Positions 39,502-50,389 of a stretch of DNA of 64,000 nt are shown piece after piece. A program made the translations under genes and the position numbers. Under the pieces are notes generated by a model, which did no database searches, was not told where the DNA came from, and worked only from the letters and a program-made list of their open reading frames with translations. Numbering within the stretch: the first letter of the stretch is position 1; every line of letters starts with the position of its first letter. This DNA is from an uncultured bacterium (GTDB taxonomy: Bacteria; Patescibacteriota; Minisyncoccia; SW-4-49-11): NCBI GenBank assembly GCA_937864235.1, contig CALMJI010000012.1, positions 942-64,941 on the forward strand. The letters are read 5' to 3'.

Positions 39502-40012
39502 AGATTTTACCAGCTTGTTTTGGTTTGAGGGGTAGTGCTTTGTCTGCAAATAAGATTCCATCTAGATGGTCGATTTCATGTTGTATAATACGGGCAAAGA
39601 TGCCAGTGGCTTTACCACCTATTTTTTCTCCCTTTAGGTTTAAGCCTTCAAATTCTACACTAGTTGGTCTGACTACATCGGCAAAATAATCTGGTAGAGA
39701 TAGACATCCTTCTTCTATGACTGAAGTGTCTGAGCTGGCTGATTTTATAACTGGGTTTATGATTATGTAATTCTGATCTAATTGGCAATCTGCAAATCCA
39801 GTTTCTTCATAGTATTCGGATGGTACATTGATTAGAATCATTCTAACATTTTGTCCAACTTGAGGTGCAGCAAGCCCTATACCATAATTTGGTCCTATAC
39901 TAGCCTTCATATCTCGAGCTAACTTATGTATGTCTCGAGTTATTTTTTCAATTGGCTGAGATTTAGTTCTAAGAATAGGGTTTTGTAGCCCTGTTTCAAT
40001 GTCTAAAATCAT
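39494..40012 (-). CDS. def: Peptide deformylase
   Basis: GIGLAAPQVG, EGCLS, QHEIDHLDG. Confidence 0.97.
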   Translation of the reverse strand: MILDIETGLQNPILRTKSQPIEKITRDIHKLARDMKASIGPNYGIGLAAPQVGQNVRMILINVPSEYYEETGFADCQLDQNYIIINPVIKSASSDTSVIEEGCLSLPDYFADVVRPTSVEFEGLNLKGEKIGGKATGIFARIIQHEIDHLDGILFADKALPLKPKQAGKIYV

Positions 40013-40155
40013 ATTGAAGTTATAGTAATATAGTTTATATAATACCATAAAATGGCACAAATAGCAAGTATATATAGTCTATTTAGCCCCAGCTATTCTC
40101 AAAATTCTAATATTGTGATATAATTAGTTTCAAATAATACCTACATATATATATT

Positions 40156-41643
40156 ATGAAAGAATACGAAGCAATTATTGGAATGGAGGTTCATGTTGAA
40201 TCTAAAACAAAATCTAAAATGTTCTGTTCCTGTGTGAATGGGTTAGGGCTTGAAGATAAGCCTAATATTCATATTTGCCCTATTTGTACTGGGCATCCTG
40301 GAACCTTACCAGTGCCTAATCGTGAGGCTTTGGTAAAATTAGCTAGATTCGGTCAAGCTTTGAACTGTCAAATTTCCGATTATACTTGGTTTGAAAGAAA
40401 AAGCTATTTTTATCCAGATTTACCCAAAGGTTATCAGATTACTCAGTATGAAAGACCACTTTGTTATGATGGTGAAATTGAAATTCTAACTTCCAAAGGA
40501 GCTAAGCATATTCGAATTACTAGAATTCATATGGAGGAGGATACAGGAAAACTCTCCCATATCAATGGTAAGACAGTGGTGGATTATAATCGTGCGGGAC
40601 TTCCATTGATGGAATTAGTTACAGAACCAGATATTCGTACTGCTGAGGAGGCTAAGATTTTTTGTGAAGAATTGCAGTTAATTTTGAGATATTTGGATAT
40701 CTCTGACGGGGATATGGATAAGGGGCAGATGCGATGTGAGGTTAATATATCTCTTAGAGAAAAGGGGACAGAAAAATTTGGAACTAAAGTTGAGATTAAA
40801 AATCTGAATTCATTTAGAGTTGTAGAACAAGCGATTGCATATGAAATCGCAAGACAATCTGAAGTTTTAAGTCAAGGTGACGAAGTAGTACAGGAGACTA
40901 GAGGTTGGGATGATGCACAAGCTATTACTTTTAGTCAAAGGAAAAAAGAAAATGCTAATGATTATCGTTATTTTGTTGAGCCAGATATTCCTCCATTTAA
41001 TACAGCTGAAATTGTAGCTGATGCATCTAGTATTAAAGCAGAATTACCGATTGCTAAGAGAAAAAGATTTGCTACTCAATATAATTTACCAACTCAGCAA
41101 ATTGAAGTTTTGGTTAAAAATAAATCTCTAGCAGATTACTTTGAACAAGTAATTTCAGAATTAGAAGGCTGGATTAAAGCTGAAAATAAAAATATATCTA
41201 CAGATGAGAACTTAAAGTTGGTCAAATTATCTGCTAATTATCTTTTGACTGAAATGATTAAGCATTATGCTGAGAGAGGTGTTACATTTAAGGAATCTCC
41301 TATTACGGCTGAAAATTATGCTGAATTTATTAAGATTGTCTTTAGTGGAGAGGTTTCTTCCACTGGAGCTCAGACTTTATTATTACAAATGTTAGAGACT
41401 GGCTCTGATCCTAGTGAAATTGTAGAGTCTCAGGGATTGCGACAGGTCAATGACACTGAGGCTTTGCAAAAAATCGTAGATCAAGTAATTCAGGAGCAGT
41501 CAAAAGTGGTCTTAGATTATAAAAATGGTAATGGAAATGTGATACAATTCTTAGTGGGACAGGTTATGAGATATTCTAAAGGTAGTGCAAATCCACAAAT
41601 TGCTAAACAACTATTACACGATACTATTACTCAGAATAAATAA
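40156..41643 (+). CDS. gatB: Asp/Glu-tRNA amidotransferase subunit B
   Basis: IGMEVHV, YFYPDLPKGYQITQ, DYNRAG.PL.E.VTEP, EIKNLNSF, DYRYF.EPD. Confidence 0.97.
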   Translation: MKEYEAIIGMEVHVESKTKSKMFCSCVNGLGLEDKPNIHICPICTGHPGTLPVPNREALVKLARFGQALNCQISDYTWFERKSYFYPDLPKGYQITQYERPLCYDGEIEILTSKGAKHIRITRIHMEEDTGKLSHINGKTVVDYNRAGLPLMELVTEPDIRTAEEAKIFCEELQLILRYLDISDGDMDKGQMRCEVNISLREKGTEKFGTKVEIKNLNSFRVVEQAIAYEIARQSEVLSQGDEVVQETRGWDDAQAITFSQRKKENANDYRYFVEPDIPPFNTAEIVADASSIKAELPIAKRKRFATQYNLPTQQIEVLVKNKSLADYFEQVISELEGWIKAENKNISTDENLKLVKLSANYLLTEMIKHYAERGVTFKESPITAENYAEFIKIVFSGEVSSTGAQTLLLQMLETGSDPSEIVESQGLRQVNDTEALQKIVDQVIQEQSKVVLDYKNGNGNVIQFLVGQVMRYSKGSANPQIAKQLLHDTITQNK

Positions 41644-41649
41644 TCCAAT

Positions 41650-42237
41650 ATGCAGATACAATGGCACAATAATACAACTCTCACAATCAAAGGTAAAGAC
41701 TATAGGGTAGTGGTAAATCCAATTATAGAAGAGAGTTCCAAATCAATTATTCCTATTAAAGAGAATGATTTGACCATATCTACTAATAAAATTATATATG
41801 ATAATACTAAAGGGTATAATATCAGTGGAGCAGGTGAATATTCTTATCAGGGGGTTACAGTAAGAGTTAGATCTGTCCGACAAGATTCAGCTGAGAGTAC
41901 TTTTAACTTAGTCTCATTGTCTGCAGAAGGGATGTTAGTTGGTTTGGTTATAGGTATTAAGGCAGAACTACAAGCAGCTGATTTGGAGTTTTTGGGAAGT
42001 CCGGATATTCTGATAATGTCTATGTCGAGTTCTTTTGGTTCAGAGAAGTCAATCCAATTAATAAATGCAGTAGAGCCCAGAATAGTTGTCCCGATTTATG
42101 AGACGGAATCTCAATTACAGGCTTTGAGTAGTGAGTATGGAGTTAAACAAGAACCTCAAGCTGAATTTGGTATTAAAAAAGCAGACTTACCTTTTGATAC
42201 TGTTGAGATCAAAGCTTTAGAACCTCAGATTAAATAG
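41650..42237 (+). CDS. Metallo-beta-lactamase-fold protein, degenerate
   Basis: MQIQW, I.GAGEY...GV, EPRIVVP; no HxHxDH; typical gene upstream of gyrA in CPR. Confidence 0.6.
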   Translation: MQIQWHNNTTLTIKGKDYRVVVNPIIEESSKSIIPIKENDLTISTNKIIYDNTKGYNISGAGEYSYQGVTVRVRSVRQDSAESTFNLVSLSAEGMLVGLVIGIKAELQAADLEFLGSPDILIMSMSSSFGSEKSIQLINAVEPRIVVPIYETESQLQALSSEYGVKQEPQAEFGIKKADLPFDTVEIKALEPQIK

Positions 42238-42245
42238 TTAAAATT

Positions 42246-44741
42246 ATGGCTACAGAAGATACTAATATCCAAAAGATTGAAAATATGGGTAATATCGAAT
42301 TGACAGATATTGTCTCAGAAATGGAAAATGCCTACATTGACTATTCAATGAGTGTGATTATAGATAGAGCTTTACCAGATGTAAGAGATGGGTTGAAGCC
42401 AGTGCATAGAAGAATTTTATATGCTATGCATGAACTTGGTTTAAGGCCTGAGGCTAAATTTAGGAAGTCTGCTACCATTGTTGGAGATGTTCTTGGTAAA
42501 TATCATCCACATGGTGACACTGCCGTATATGATTCTCTTGTCCGTATGGCGCAAGATTTTTCTCTTCGATATACATTAGTCAACGGTCAGGGAAACTTTG
42601 GCTCTATGGATGGTGATTCAGCTGCTGCTATGAGATATACTGAGGCTAAAATGGCTAAGATTACTCGTGAGATGCTTGTTGATATTGATAAAAATACAGT
42701 TAACTTTGTCCCCAATTATGATGGTAGTCGCAATGAGCCTACTGTTTTACCAGCTAGAGTACCTAATTTGCTAATCAATGGAGGAACTGGAATTGCTGTT
42801 GGTATGGCGACAAATATTCCCCCACATAACTTAAAAGAAGTAGTAGGGGCTACCATTGCTTTAATTGAAAATCCTGAGATTACCATCGAGGAATTATTGA
42901 AATTTGTCAAAGGTCCGGATTTTCCAACTGGTGGAGAATTATATAATATAGATAATATTAGACAAGTTTATGCTACTGGTAGAGGACCTCTTGTAACTAG
43001 AGCTAAAGCTGAGATTATAGAAAGAGGTAAAAAGGGGAATGCCTTTGATATTATTGTCTCCGAAATGACATATCAGACTAATAAGGCTACTTTGATTGAG
43101 AAAATGGCTAATTTAGTTCGTGATAAAAAATTAGACGGAATTAAGGATATTAGAGACGAGTCTGATAGAGACGGGGTTAGAGTAGTAATTGAGTTAAAAT
43201 CTGATGCTTATCCACAAAAAGTATTGAATAAACTCTATAAACTTACTGATTTACAAAAAACCTATCATGTCAATATGCTTGCCCTTTGTGATGGGATAGA
43301 GCCAAAGACTTTATCTCTCAAACAAGCACTACAGTACTACATTACCCATCGTAAAGAAGTTGTAATCAGAAAAACTGAGTTTGAATTGCAACAAGCCAAA
43401 GACCGAGCCCATATTTTGGAAGGTCTAAAAAAGGCACTGGACTTTATTGACGAGGTAATTAGTATTATTAGAGGTTCTGAGAGTAAAGAAATTGCTAAAG
43501 TTAACTTGATCAAAAGATTTGAATTTAGTCAAGTTCAAGCTCAGGCAATTCTAGATATGAGGTTACAGACCTTGGCAGGTTTAGAGCGACAGAAGATTCT
43601 GGATGAGTTAGCTGAGTTAGTCTTATTGATTCAAGAATTAGAAGCAATTCTAGCTTCAGAAGAGAGAATATTTGCAATTATAAAAAATGATTTACAAGAA
43701 GTATCAGATCAATATGGAGATGAGAGAAAAACTAGAGTCTTCAAAGAAGATTTAGGAGATTTCAAAGAAACAGATTTTATTCCAAATGAGGACACAATTA
43801 TAATTTTGACCAAAGATGGATATATCAAAAGAGTAGATCCTAAAGAATATCGTTCTCAAAGACGAGGTGGAGTTGGAGTGTCTGGAGTGAAAACTAGAGA
43901 TGATGATGCTGTCTCAATTTTCTTGCATACTAATACACATGCCAAATTATTATTCTTTACTAATAATGGTAGAGTTTTGAAGCTGAAGGCTTATGAAATT
44001 CCACAAGGATCCAGAATAGCTAAAGGTCAATCAATTGTAAATTTCTTAGAATTATCCAAACAAGAGCAGATTCAATCTATTCTTCCAACAGAAGATTCCC
44101 CAAACAGTTTTATCTCTATTGTAACAAAACTAGGAATTATCAAAAAAAGTGCAATGTCAGTCTATGCTAATGTCAGAAAAGGTGGAATTATAGCTATTAA
44201 TTTGAAAGATAATGATACTTTAATACAAGCTACTGTGACTTGTCCGGATGATGATATTATATTATTTACTACTCAAGGTAAAGCTATTAGATTTGCTCAG
44301 GAAGAATTAAGACCAATGGGAAGAACAGCAGCTGGAGTCAAAGCTATGACACTCAAATCAGATGATACTGTCCTTGCTATGCAAACTATTCGCTCCGGAG
44401 ATGAGCAAGGTTGGCTAGTAATTGCAACATCCTATGGTTATGGCAAAAAGAGTAAACTTAGTCACTATAAAGTTCAAAAACGAGGAGGAAGTGGAGTAAA
44501 AGTATCCAAAATTACCACTAAAACTGGTCCAGTAATCGGAGCTCAAGTAGTAACTTCTGAGAGTAAAGAATTAATTGCAATTTCCCTAGGGGGTAACATA
44601 ATTAAACTAAATATTCAAAAAGATATCCCAACTCTGTCTAGAGATACTCAGGGCGTTAAAATTATGAGATTAAGCCAAGATGATAGTATAGCTTCTATTG
44701 CAGTTACAACTGAAGATGAGCCAGAAGAAGAAACAGAATAA
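42246..44741 (+). CDS. gyrA: DNA gyrase subunit A
   Basis: [29 protein letters not shown], GyrA-box QRRGGVG, C-terminal pinwheel repeats. Confidence 0.98.
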   Translation: MATEDTNIQKIENMGNIELTDIVSEMENAYIDYSMSVIIDRALPDVRDGLKPVHRRILYAMHELGLRPEAKFRKSATIVGDVLGKYHPHGDTAVYDSLVRMAQDFSLRYTLVNGQGNFGSMDGDSAAAMRYTEAKMAKITREMLVDIDKNTVNFVPNYDGSRNEPTVLPARVPNLLINGGTGIAVGMATNIPPHNLKEVVGATIALIENPEITIEELLKFVKGPDFPTGGELYNIDNIRQVYATGRGPLVTRAKAEIIERGKKGNAFDIIVSEMTYQTNKATLIEKMANLVRDKKLDGIKDIRDESDRDGVRVVIELKSDAYPQKVLNKLYKLTDLQKTYHVNMLALCDGIEPKTLSLKQALQYYITHRKEVVIRKTEFELQQAKDRAHILEGLKKALDFIDEVISIIRGSESKEIAKVNLIKRFEFSQVQAQAILDMRLQTLAGLERQKILDELAELVLLIQELEAILASEERIFAIIKNDLQEVSDQYGDERKTRVFKEDLGDFKETDFIPNEDTIIILTKDGYIKRVDPKEYRSQRRGGVGVSGVKTRDDDAVSIFLHTNTHAKLLFFTNNGRVLKLKAYEIPQGSRIAKGQSIVNFLELSKQEQIQSILPTEDSPNSFISIVTKLGIIKKSAMSVYANVRKGGIIAINLKDNDTLIQATVTCPDDDIILFTTQGKAIRFAQEELRPMGRTAAGVKAMTLKSDDTVLAMQTIRSGDEQGWLVIATSYGYGKKSKLSHYKVQKRGGSGVKVSKITTKTGPVIGAQVVTSESKELIAISLGGNIIKLNIQKDIPTLSRDTQGVKIMRLSQDDSIASIAVTTEDEPEEETE

Positions 44742-44822
44742 AAAATTTGACTATTCATCTAAAATCACTTATACTTAAAATAAGTTCTAATATTTAAATC
44801 AATTCCAAAACTAAAATAAATT

Positions 44823-45362
44823 ATGCTAGATCAATCTAATAGATTTTTATCACCAAGAGAAATAGTAGAACAATTTGGTATGAATCCTAGCGCTCAAGTT
44901 GCAGATTTTGGGAGTGGGGCTGGAGACTTTGCAATTGCAATCGCTCAGATGATTGCACCCAAAGGTAAGGTCTATGCTATTGATGTTCTAGAATCCGCCC
45001 ATCAATCATTAAGAAGTAGGTCTAAAATAAAAGGAATTACTAATATAGAACTTATTTTAGCTAATCTAGAATGTGAATCAGGCTCTAATCTACCAAAAGA
45101 TTCGTTAGATTTAGTAATGATTCATAATATTATGTTTCAAGTTAATAATAAAAAAAATCTAATTCAAGAAGCATATAGGGTTCTCAAAGATTCTGGAAGA
45201 TTAGCTATAATTGAGTGGGATATGATAAGCCCCATTGGTCCTCCTAAAAATTTAAGATTACCAGAAAGAGAAGTAGTGTCTTTAATTCAGAATAATGGAT
45301 TTGTGATAGAAGATAGGATTGAAACTGGTAAATATCATTATGGATATATATTTAATAAATAA
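44823..45362 (+). CDS. Class I SAM-dependent methyltransferase
   Basis: VADFGSGAG, VYAID, EAYRVLK..G. Confidence 0.9.
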   Translation: MLDQSNRFLSPREIVEQFGMNPSAQVADFGSGAGDFAIAIAQMIAPKGKVYAIDVLESAHQSLRSRSKIKGITNIELILANLECESGSNLPKDSLDLVMIHNIMFQVNNKKNLIQEAYRVLKDSGRLAIIEWDMISPIGPPKNLRLPEREVVSLIQNNGFVIEDRIETGKYHYGYIFNK

Positions 45363-45367
45363 TAATT

Positions 45368-46714
45368 ATGGCTAGAAGCACATCTTTAGATTCATTTGTC
45401 AAAAATCGTAAAGTCATCATAGTAGCTGGAGTGTTTATGACAGCTATGATTATATTGATGCTAGCTGTTGCTTTAGGTTTCAACCCTAGAAGAGGGCAAA
45501 CATTACAAAATGCAGATTTGATAATGTGGGGGTTGTGGGATGATAGTGAATTGATGAATAAGTATATATCTGAGTTCAGAAAACAATATGGTAATATCAA
45601 AATAGAATACCGTAAACTAACTCCTCAAGAATATGAAACAGAACTAGTAAATGCATTAGCCGAGAATAGAGGCCCTGATATATTTGCAATGCATCACACA
45701 TGGTATAGTAAACATAAAAACAAGTTAGCTCCAATGTCAGAAGAAATAATGACACTAAAAGACTATAAGGATCGATTTGTAGATGTAGTCTATGATGACT
45801 TTGTGGTGGATGATAAAGTGTATGGATTTCCTTTTTACACGGATACTTTGGCTTTATTTTATAATAAAGATGCTTTTAATGATGCTGGCATAGTAAGTCC
45901 ACCAAGAACTTGGCAAGAAGTACAACAAATCGTACCTAGATTAACTAAAATCGACCCATTTGGAAATATAACCCAAGCTGGTATAGCTTTGGGGACAGGT
46001 GATAATATTAATAGATCTCCAGACTTATTATCAGTATTAATGTTACAATCTGGAGCTCAAATGACAGATCCCAATGATTATACAAAGATTACTTTTAATC
46101 AAAATAGATCACAAAGCGGACAAGATATTAATCCAGCAGATTTAGCCTTAGAATATTATACAGATTTTGCTAATCCTCGTAAAACTGTATATAATTGGAA
46201 TTCTACTTTAGATAATTCTATAGATGCTTTTTATGAAAGAGAAGTGGCGATGATGATAACCTATTCATATCAGGTAGAAGCTATCAAGGCTAAAGCTCCT
46301 AGATTAAATTTTGCAGTAGCCCCGCTACCACAAGTGTCCCTTGAATCTGGACTTGCCAATTATGCTAATTATTGGGGATACGGAGTGAGTAGTCAATCTA
46401 AATATTCTAATGAAGCTTATACATTTTTGAAATTTATGACTGAAAAAGAGCAGTCTCAAGAATATTTTCTTAACACCAAAAGACCAACTCCAAGGAGAGA
46501 TTTGATAGAAGTACAATCTCAAGACTTAGATTATGGAGTCTTTGTAAATCAGGTATTACAAGCCAAAACTTGGCGACAACCAGATAATAATACTGTAGAT
46601 AAAATTTTGATAGAAGCTATTAATAATGTAAATTTAGGCTTATTTAGTTATAGTCGAGCAATGTCCCAAGCCCAAGCTCAAATACAAGCCCTAGCAGATA
46701 ATTTTGCAAAATGA
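45368..46714 (+). CDS. Membrane-anchored extracellular solute-binding protein (carbohydrate family 1-like)
   Basis: N-terminal TM, GPDIF, DTLALFYNKD, PPRTW, F.VAPLPQ. Confidence 0.88.
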   Translation: MARSTSLDSFVKNRKVIIVAGVFMTAMIILMLAVALGFNPRRGQTLQNADLIMWGLWDDSELMNKYISEFRKQYGNIKIEYRKLTPQEYETELVNALAENRGPDIFAMHHTWYSKHKNKLAPMSEEIMTLKDYKDRFVDVVYDDFVVDDKVYGFPFYTDTLALFYNKDAFNDAGIVSPPRTWQEVQQIVPRLTKIDPFGNITQAGIALGTGDNINRSPDLLSVLMLQSGAQMTDPNDYTKITFNQNRSQSGQDINPADLALEYYTDFANPRKTVYNWNSTLDNSIDAFYEREVAMMITYSYQVEAIKAKAPRLNFAVAPLPQVSLESGLANYANYWGYGVSSQSKYSNEAYTFLKFMTEKEQSQEYFLNTKRPTPRRDLIEVQSQDLDYGVFVNQVLQAKTWRQPDNNTVDKILIEAINNVNLGLFSYSRAMSQAQAQIQALADNFAK

Positions 46715-47808
46715 AAAGTTTAAGTTTAATAAAAATATATCCATTTATTATATTAACAACTTTTGTATTGATTAGTTTAATTTTTAATTTAGAACTACTA
46801 CAAGCTCAAACAGCTCCTACTACAACTCCTCCATCTCAATCTAATTCTACTACATCTGGTACAAATACTCCCAATTCTTCTCAACCTGGTTCTAATAATC
46901 CTACACAGACTAATCAACAGACATCTCCAGGAGGAGCTACCGGCTCAGAATCAGGACTAGTAAAATGTGGGACAAGTCGAGATTGTACAATTTGTGATAT
47001 ATTTATTTTAGTAAGAGATATATTTAACTTTGCTTTAGGTTTATTGGCTGCTCTGGCAGTTTTGAGTATAGTCATAGGAGGATTATATGTAGTTACTTCA
47101 GCAGGTAACTCCGGCAGAGTTAGTGAAGGATATAGTATTATCACCAATGCAGTCATAGGATTACTCTTAGTAATGGCAAGCTTTTTATTATTTAGTTTTG
47201 TATTAGTAGCATTAGGCTTCCAATCAGCCAATTTCTCAGCCGTATTTGACTTTCAAGAAGGACAAATCTTCAGTGTAAAATGCGATAATGCCAGTGCTTT
47301 TAATGATAGAGGAACGGGAGGGGGAGGACAGGGAGTACTTGGTAGTGGAGGTAGTGATCCCTCGACAATTAGCTGTGCAAGTATTACTGATGCAGTAAAA
47401 TCTGATCTTAATAATGCTAGCTCTCAGACTGGAGTCCCGGCTGAATTATTAGCTGGGTTTATGCAAAGAGAATGTCCAGCAGCATTTAATAATCCTAATG
47501 CTTGTCCAAATGAAAATTATGCTGGTGCAGCAGGAGCTGGTCAATTTTTACAGAGTAGTTGGAATGAATTAGGTTGTTCAGGTAGTAGAACTAATCGTAG
47601 GGATGCTTTGGTTTGTATGGGTAAACATTTAAAAAGATATAATAAATGCTCTAGTCAATGTAATGGATATAGTGATTTTTCATCTAGATCCTGTGTTGAC
47701 TGCGTAGCTGGAGATTATTGTGGAGCTTGTAGTGGTGCATCTGCTTGTGGCGGTAATTATTGTCAAGGGGTATGGAATAATTATCAAAACTTTAAAAAAT
47801 GCCAATAA
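46711..47808 (+). CDS. VirB2/TrbC-type pilin domain fused to a Cys-rich lytic transglycosylase-like domain
   Basis: Signal peptide, S/T/P linker, pilin hairpin (GGLYVVTSAGN...ITNAVIGL), then GVPAELL...QRE...GAAGAGQF..SSW. Confidence 0.78.
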   Translation: MKSLSLIKIYPFIILTTFVLISLIFNLELLQAQTAPTTTPPSQSNSTTSGTNTPNSSQPGSNNPTQTNQQTSPGGATGSESGLVKCGTSRDCTICDIFILVRDIFNFALGLLAALAVLSIVIGGLYVVTSAGNSGRVSEGYSIITNAVIGLLLVMASFLLFSFVLVALGFQSANFSAVFDFQEGQIFSVKCDNASAFNDRGTGGGGQGVLGSGGSDPSTISCASITDAVKSDLNNASSQTGVPAELLAGFMQRECPAAFNNPNACPNENYAGAAGAGQFLQSSWNELGCSGSRTNRRDALVCMGKHLKRYNKCSSQCNGYSDFSSRSCVDCVAGDYCGACSGASACGGNYCQGVWNNYQNFKKCQ

Positions 47809-47809
47809 T

Positions 47810-48916
47810 ATGAAAAAACAATATATAATAGTTATTTTGTATCTGTTTGCTAATATTAGTAAAATAGCTGTAGCTAATGCTAGTATTGATAATTATTTTC
47901 TATATAATACTTATTCTCAAAATAATGAAATATTATACTTTGACAAATATGATGGAACCATATATAAGCAGGACTTATCAAATGGTTCAAAAGAAACTAT
48001 ATTTGATTTAATTCCATCAGACACAGATATTGTACAAATATCTCCCGACAAAACTAAAATGTTAATATATACATCTAATATTTCATATCCAAAATATAAT
48101 GCTCCATTCTTTGACTCTACACAAAAATCACCAGATAAAAGATGGTGGATATATGACTTTAATACACAAAATAAAAAAATACTTAACGCAAAAATTAATT
48201 TAGCTACTTGGTATTCTGAGAATGAGATAGTATATGTATTTGATAATAAGGATATATCCATAGCTCCAGTTAATAATCTAAATGATTTTAATACTTTGTA
48301 CTCAAAATTACAATCAACTGTGGATACTAATAAATTAATAATTGCTAATGCAGAAAATCAAATAGTTCCTTTGAAAGAAGGTTATATTATAGGTAGTAAC
48401 AACAAATTTAAGTATATTAAAAATAATAACTATAATATTGTCGCCAACCCAAATTTGGATATATTCTTAGAGTATAATAATAATCAGGTTAAAATATTAG
48501 ATTGGAGTGGGAATCAGAAATTAGTTTTAGAGAATTTAAGCATTAAAAATACTGTTATTTTAAATAATACAGAATTTATTGTTTTATTGCAAAATAGTCA
48601 GTTGGTAAAGTATAACTTACAGAAACAAGAATTAGCAAGAGTTACAATTGAACCTACCATTACAAACATATATCCAATTGGAGAGTCAGATAATTCCTTC
48701 TTAATTCAGCAAGATAATACAATATCTTTATATAATATAAATACAAAAGAAAAAGGAGTCTTGCTTTCATCTAGTAAGGATACTACCCCCAACCCCACAA
48801 CCCCAGTCGAAGCAGAAACCACTTCTAATAACTCCAATATACTACTTCTAATAGGTGGAATACTATTCCTAGTAGCTGGAGTAGGAGTCTTTATTTGGAA
48901 ATTAAGAAGAAGATGA
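47810..48916 (+). CDS. Surface-anchored beta-rich (propeller-like) protein
   Basis: Signal peptide from ATG 47810, ISPDKTK repeat-like motif, P/T linker, C-terminal TM plus KLRRR. Confidence 0.75.
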   Translation: MKKQYIIVILYLFANISKIAVANASIDNYFLYNTYSQNNEILYFDKYDGTIYKQDLSNGSKETIFDLIPSDTDIVQISPDKTKMLIYTSNISYPKYNAPFFDSTQKSPDKRWWIYDFNTQNKKILNAKINLATWYSENEIVYVFDNKDISIAPVNNLNDFNTLYSKLQSTVDTNKLIIANAENQIVPLKEGYIIGSNNKFKYIKNNNYNIVANPNLDIFLEYNNNQVKILDWSGNQKLVLENLSIKNTVILNNTEFIVLLQNSQLVKYNLQKQELARVTIEPTITNIYPIGESDNSFLIQQDNTISLYNINTKEKGVLLSSSKDTTPNPTTPVEAETTSNNSNILLLIGGILFLVAGVGVFIWKLRRR

Positions 48917-48945
48917 TATAATAATAAATATATTAAATTAATAAT

Positions 48946-49404
48946 ATGAAATATCTATACACAATCAGTTTATGCCTAATATTCTCTTTATTTATGAATA
49001 TTGGTAATGTAAATGCTCAACTTAATCCAGCTCCATCAAATGGAGGTAATACTCCAGCAAACCAGCAAAATACTCCAGATACTGCATCTAATGGAAATAA
49101 CCCAACTGGACTCAGAGAAGGTTTAGATGCTTTCAAAGACGAAGATTCAGGGCTTAACACAGGAGGTACACTAATTGGATATGTAGCTAATATAATCAGA
49201 TGGATACTTGGTATCTTAGGGACAGTATTCTTTGTAATTGTAGTAATCTATGGTTATATTTATATGACAGCAGGAGGTGACTCTGGTAAGACTGCTACAG
49301 CCGCTGGAGCAATTGGGAACGCCGTAGTCGGACTATTGATAATTATGGGAGCCTTTCTAATAACTAATTTTGTGACAAGTGGACTTATTAATAGTGGAGG
49401 ATAA
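48946..49404 (+). CDS. VirB2/TrbC-type pilin
   Basis: Signal peptide; IIRWILG...YGYIYMTAGGD....A...I.NAVVGL. Confidence 0.85.
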   Translation: MKYLYTISLCLIFSLFMNIGNVNAQLNPAPSNGGNTPANQQNTPDTASNGNNPTGLREGLDAFKDEDSGLNTGGTLIGYVANIIRWILGILGTVFFVIVVIYGYIYMTAGGDSGKTATAAGAIGNAVVGLLIIMGAFLITNFVTSGLINSGG

Positions 49405-49452
49405 ATCTTTATAATACTATCAATATATCTAATCTCAGATAAGAATTAAAAT

Positions 49453-49791
49453 ATGTTAAACTCTATAATTTCAGAATTTATAATCAGAACAGCTCAAGCT
49501 CAAGAATCTCCTCCCCCAGTCCTAGCTGTACCTACTGGTACAGGAGTTACAGAGCAAGGTACCTTATTTACTTTTGTTGGCAATATTGTAAGATGGAGTC
49601 TAGGGCTTACGGGAGTAATTTTATTTGTAATAATTATAGTATCTGGATTTAACTATGCGACAGCAGGTGGAGATACTAAAAAAACTCAAGATGCGATATC
49701 TACCATTACTAATGCAGTTATAGGATTATTTATAATAGGATTTGCCTTTGTTATATCTAATACAGTACTAAGTTTTATCTTCGGATTATAA
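49453..49791 (+). CDS. VirB2/TrbC-type pilin
   Basis: IVRWSLG...GFNYATAGGD.KK...A...ITNAVIGL. Confidence 0.85.
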   Translation: MLNSIISEFIIRTAQAQESPPPVLAVPTGTGVTEQGTLFTFVGNIVRWSLGLTGVILFVIIIVSGFNYATAGGDTKKTQDAISTITNAVIGLFIIGFAFVISNTVLSFIFGL

Positions 49792-49795
49792 AAAG

Positions 49796-49843
49796 TTATC
49801 CACATTTTTTACTCTTGCAAACTTTTTTAGATTAGTTTATAAT
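49796..49843 (+). promoter_or_regulatory. Internal promoter with adjacent DnaA-box match
   Basis: ttatccaca 49796-804; ttgcaa 49815-20, 17 nt, tataat 49838-43. Confidence 0.55.
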
Positions 49844-49882
49844 TATATGAGAACTTAATATTAATAATTTATATATATTCAT

Positions 49883-50272
49883 ATGAATACTGTTCAAAGA
49901 TTAAAATCAACATTAAATAGAGTTATATTACCAATCTTATTGCTAGCACCAGTTATTGCAGGTGCTGCAAGACCTGTCCAAGATACTAGACCAATAGGTG
50001 CTATTCCTACAGGAGCTGGTACCTATGAGGCTACTAACTTAATAGGTACAATATCTGTAGTAATTAGATGGGCACTTGGATTTATTGGAATTGTTGTATT
50101 CTTAATTTTCTTATTTGCTGGATTTGAATATGCTACCGCAGGTGGAGATGAGGGTAAAGCTTCAACTGCTCAAAAGAGAATGGTAAACGCTGTAATAGGT
50201 CTCATAATAATATTCTTTGCCTTTGTTGCTTCCAATGCTATATTGTCCTTCATATTCCAACAACAAATCTAA
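49883..50272 (+). CDS. VirB2/TrbC-type pilin (candidate major pilin)
   Basis: VIRWALG...GFEYATAGGDE.K...A...NAVIGL; own promoter and terminator. Confidence 0.87.
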   Translation: MNTVQRLKSTLNRVILPILLLAPVIAGAARPVQDTRPIGAIPTGAGTYEATNLIGTISVVIRWALGFIGIVVFLIFLFAGFEYATAGGDEGKASTAQKRMVNAVIGLIIIFFAFVASNAILSFIFQQQI

Positions 50273-50294
50273 ATAAAAGTGATAGATCAAAGAA

Positions 50295-50326
50295 AGAGAG
50301 AGTTTTAAAACTCTCTTTTTTGTTTT
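50295..50326 (+). terminator. Intrinsic terminator
   Basis: agagagttt/aaactctct hairpin followed by a T-tract. Confidence 0.6.
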
Positions 50327-50389
50327 TATATGCATTTGATATATATCTAGATTTGTGATACAATAATATTATAATAAATCAATATAGAT

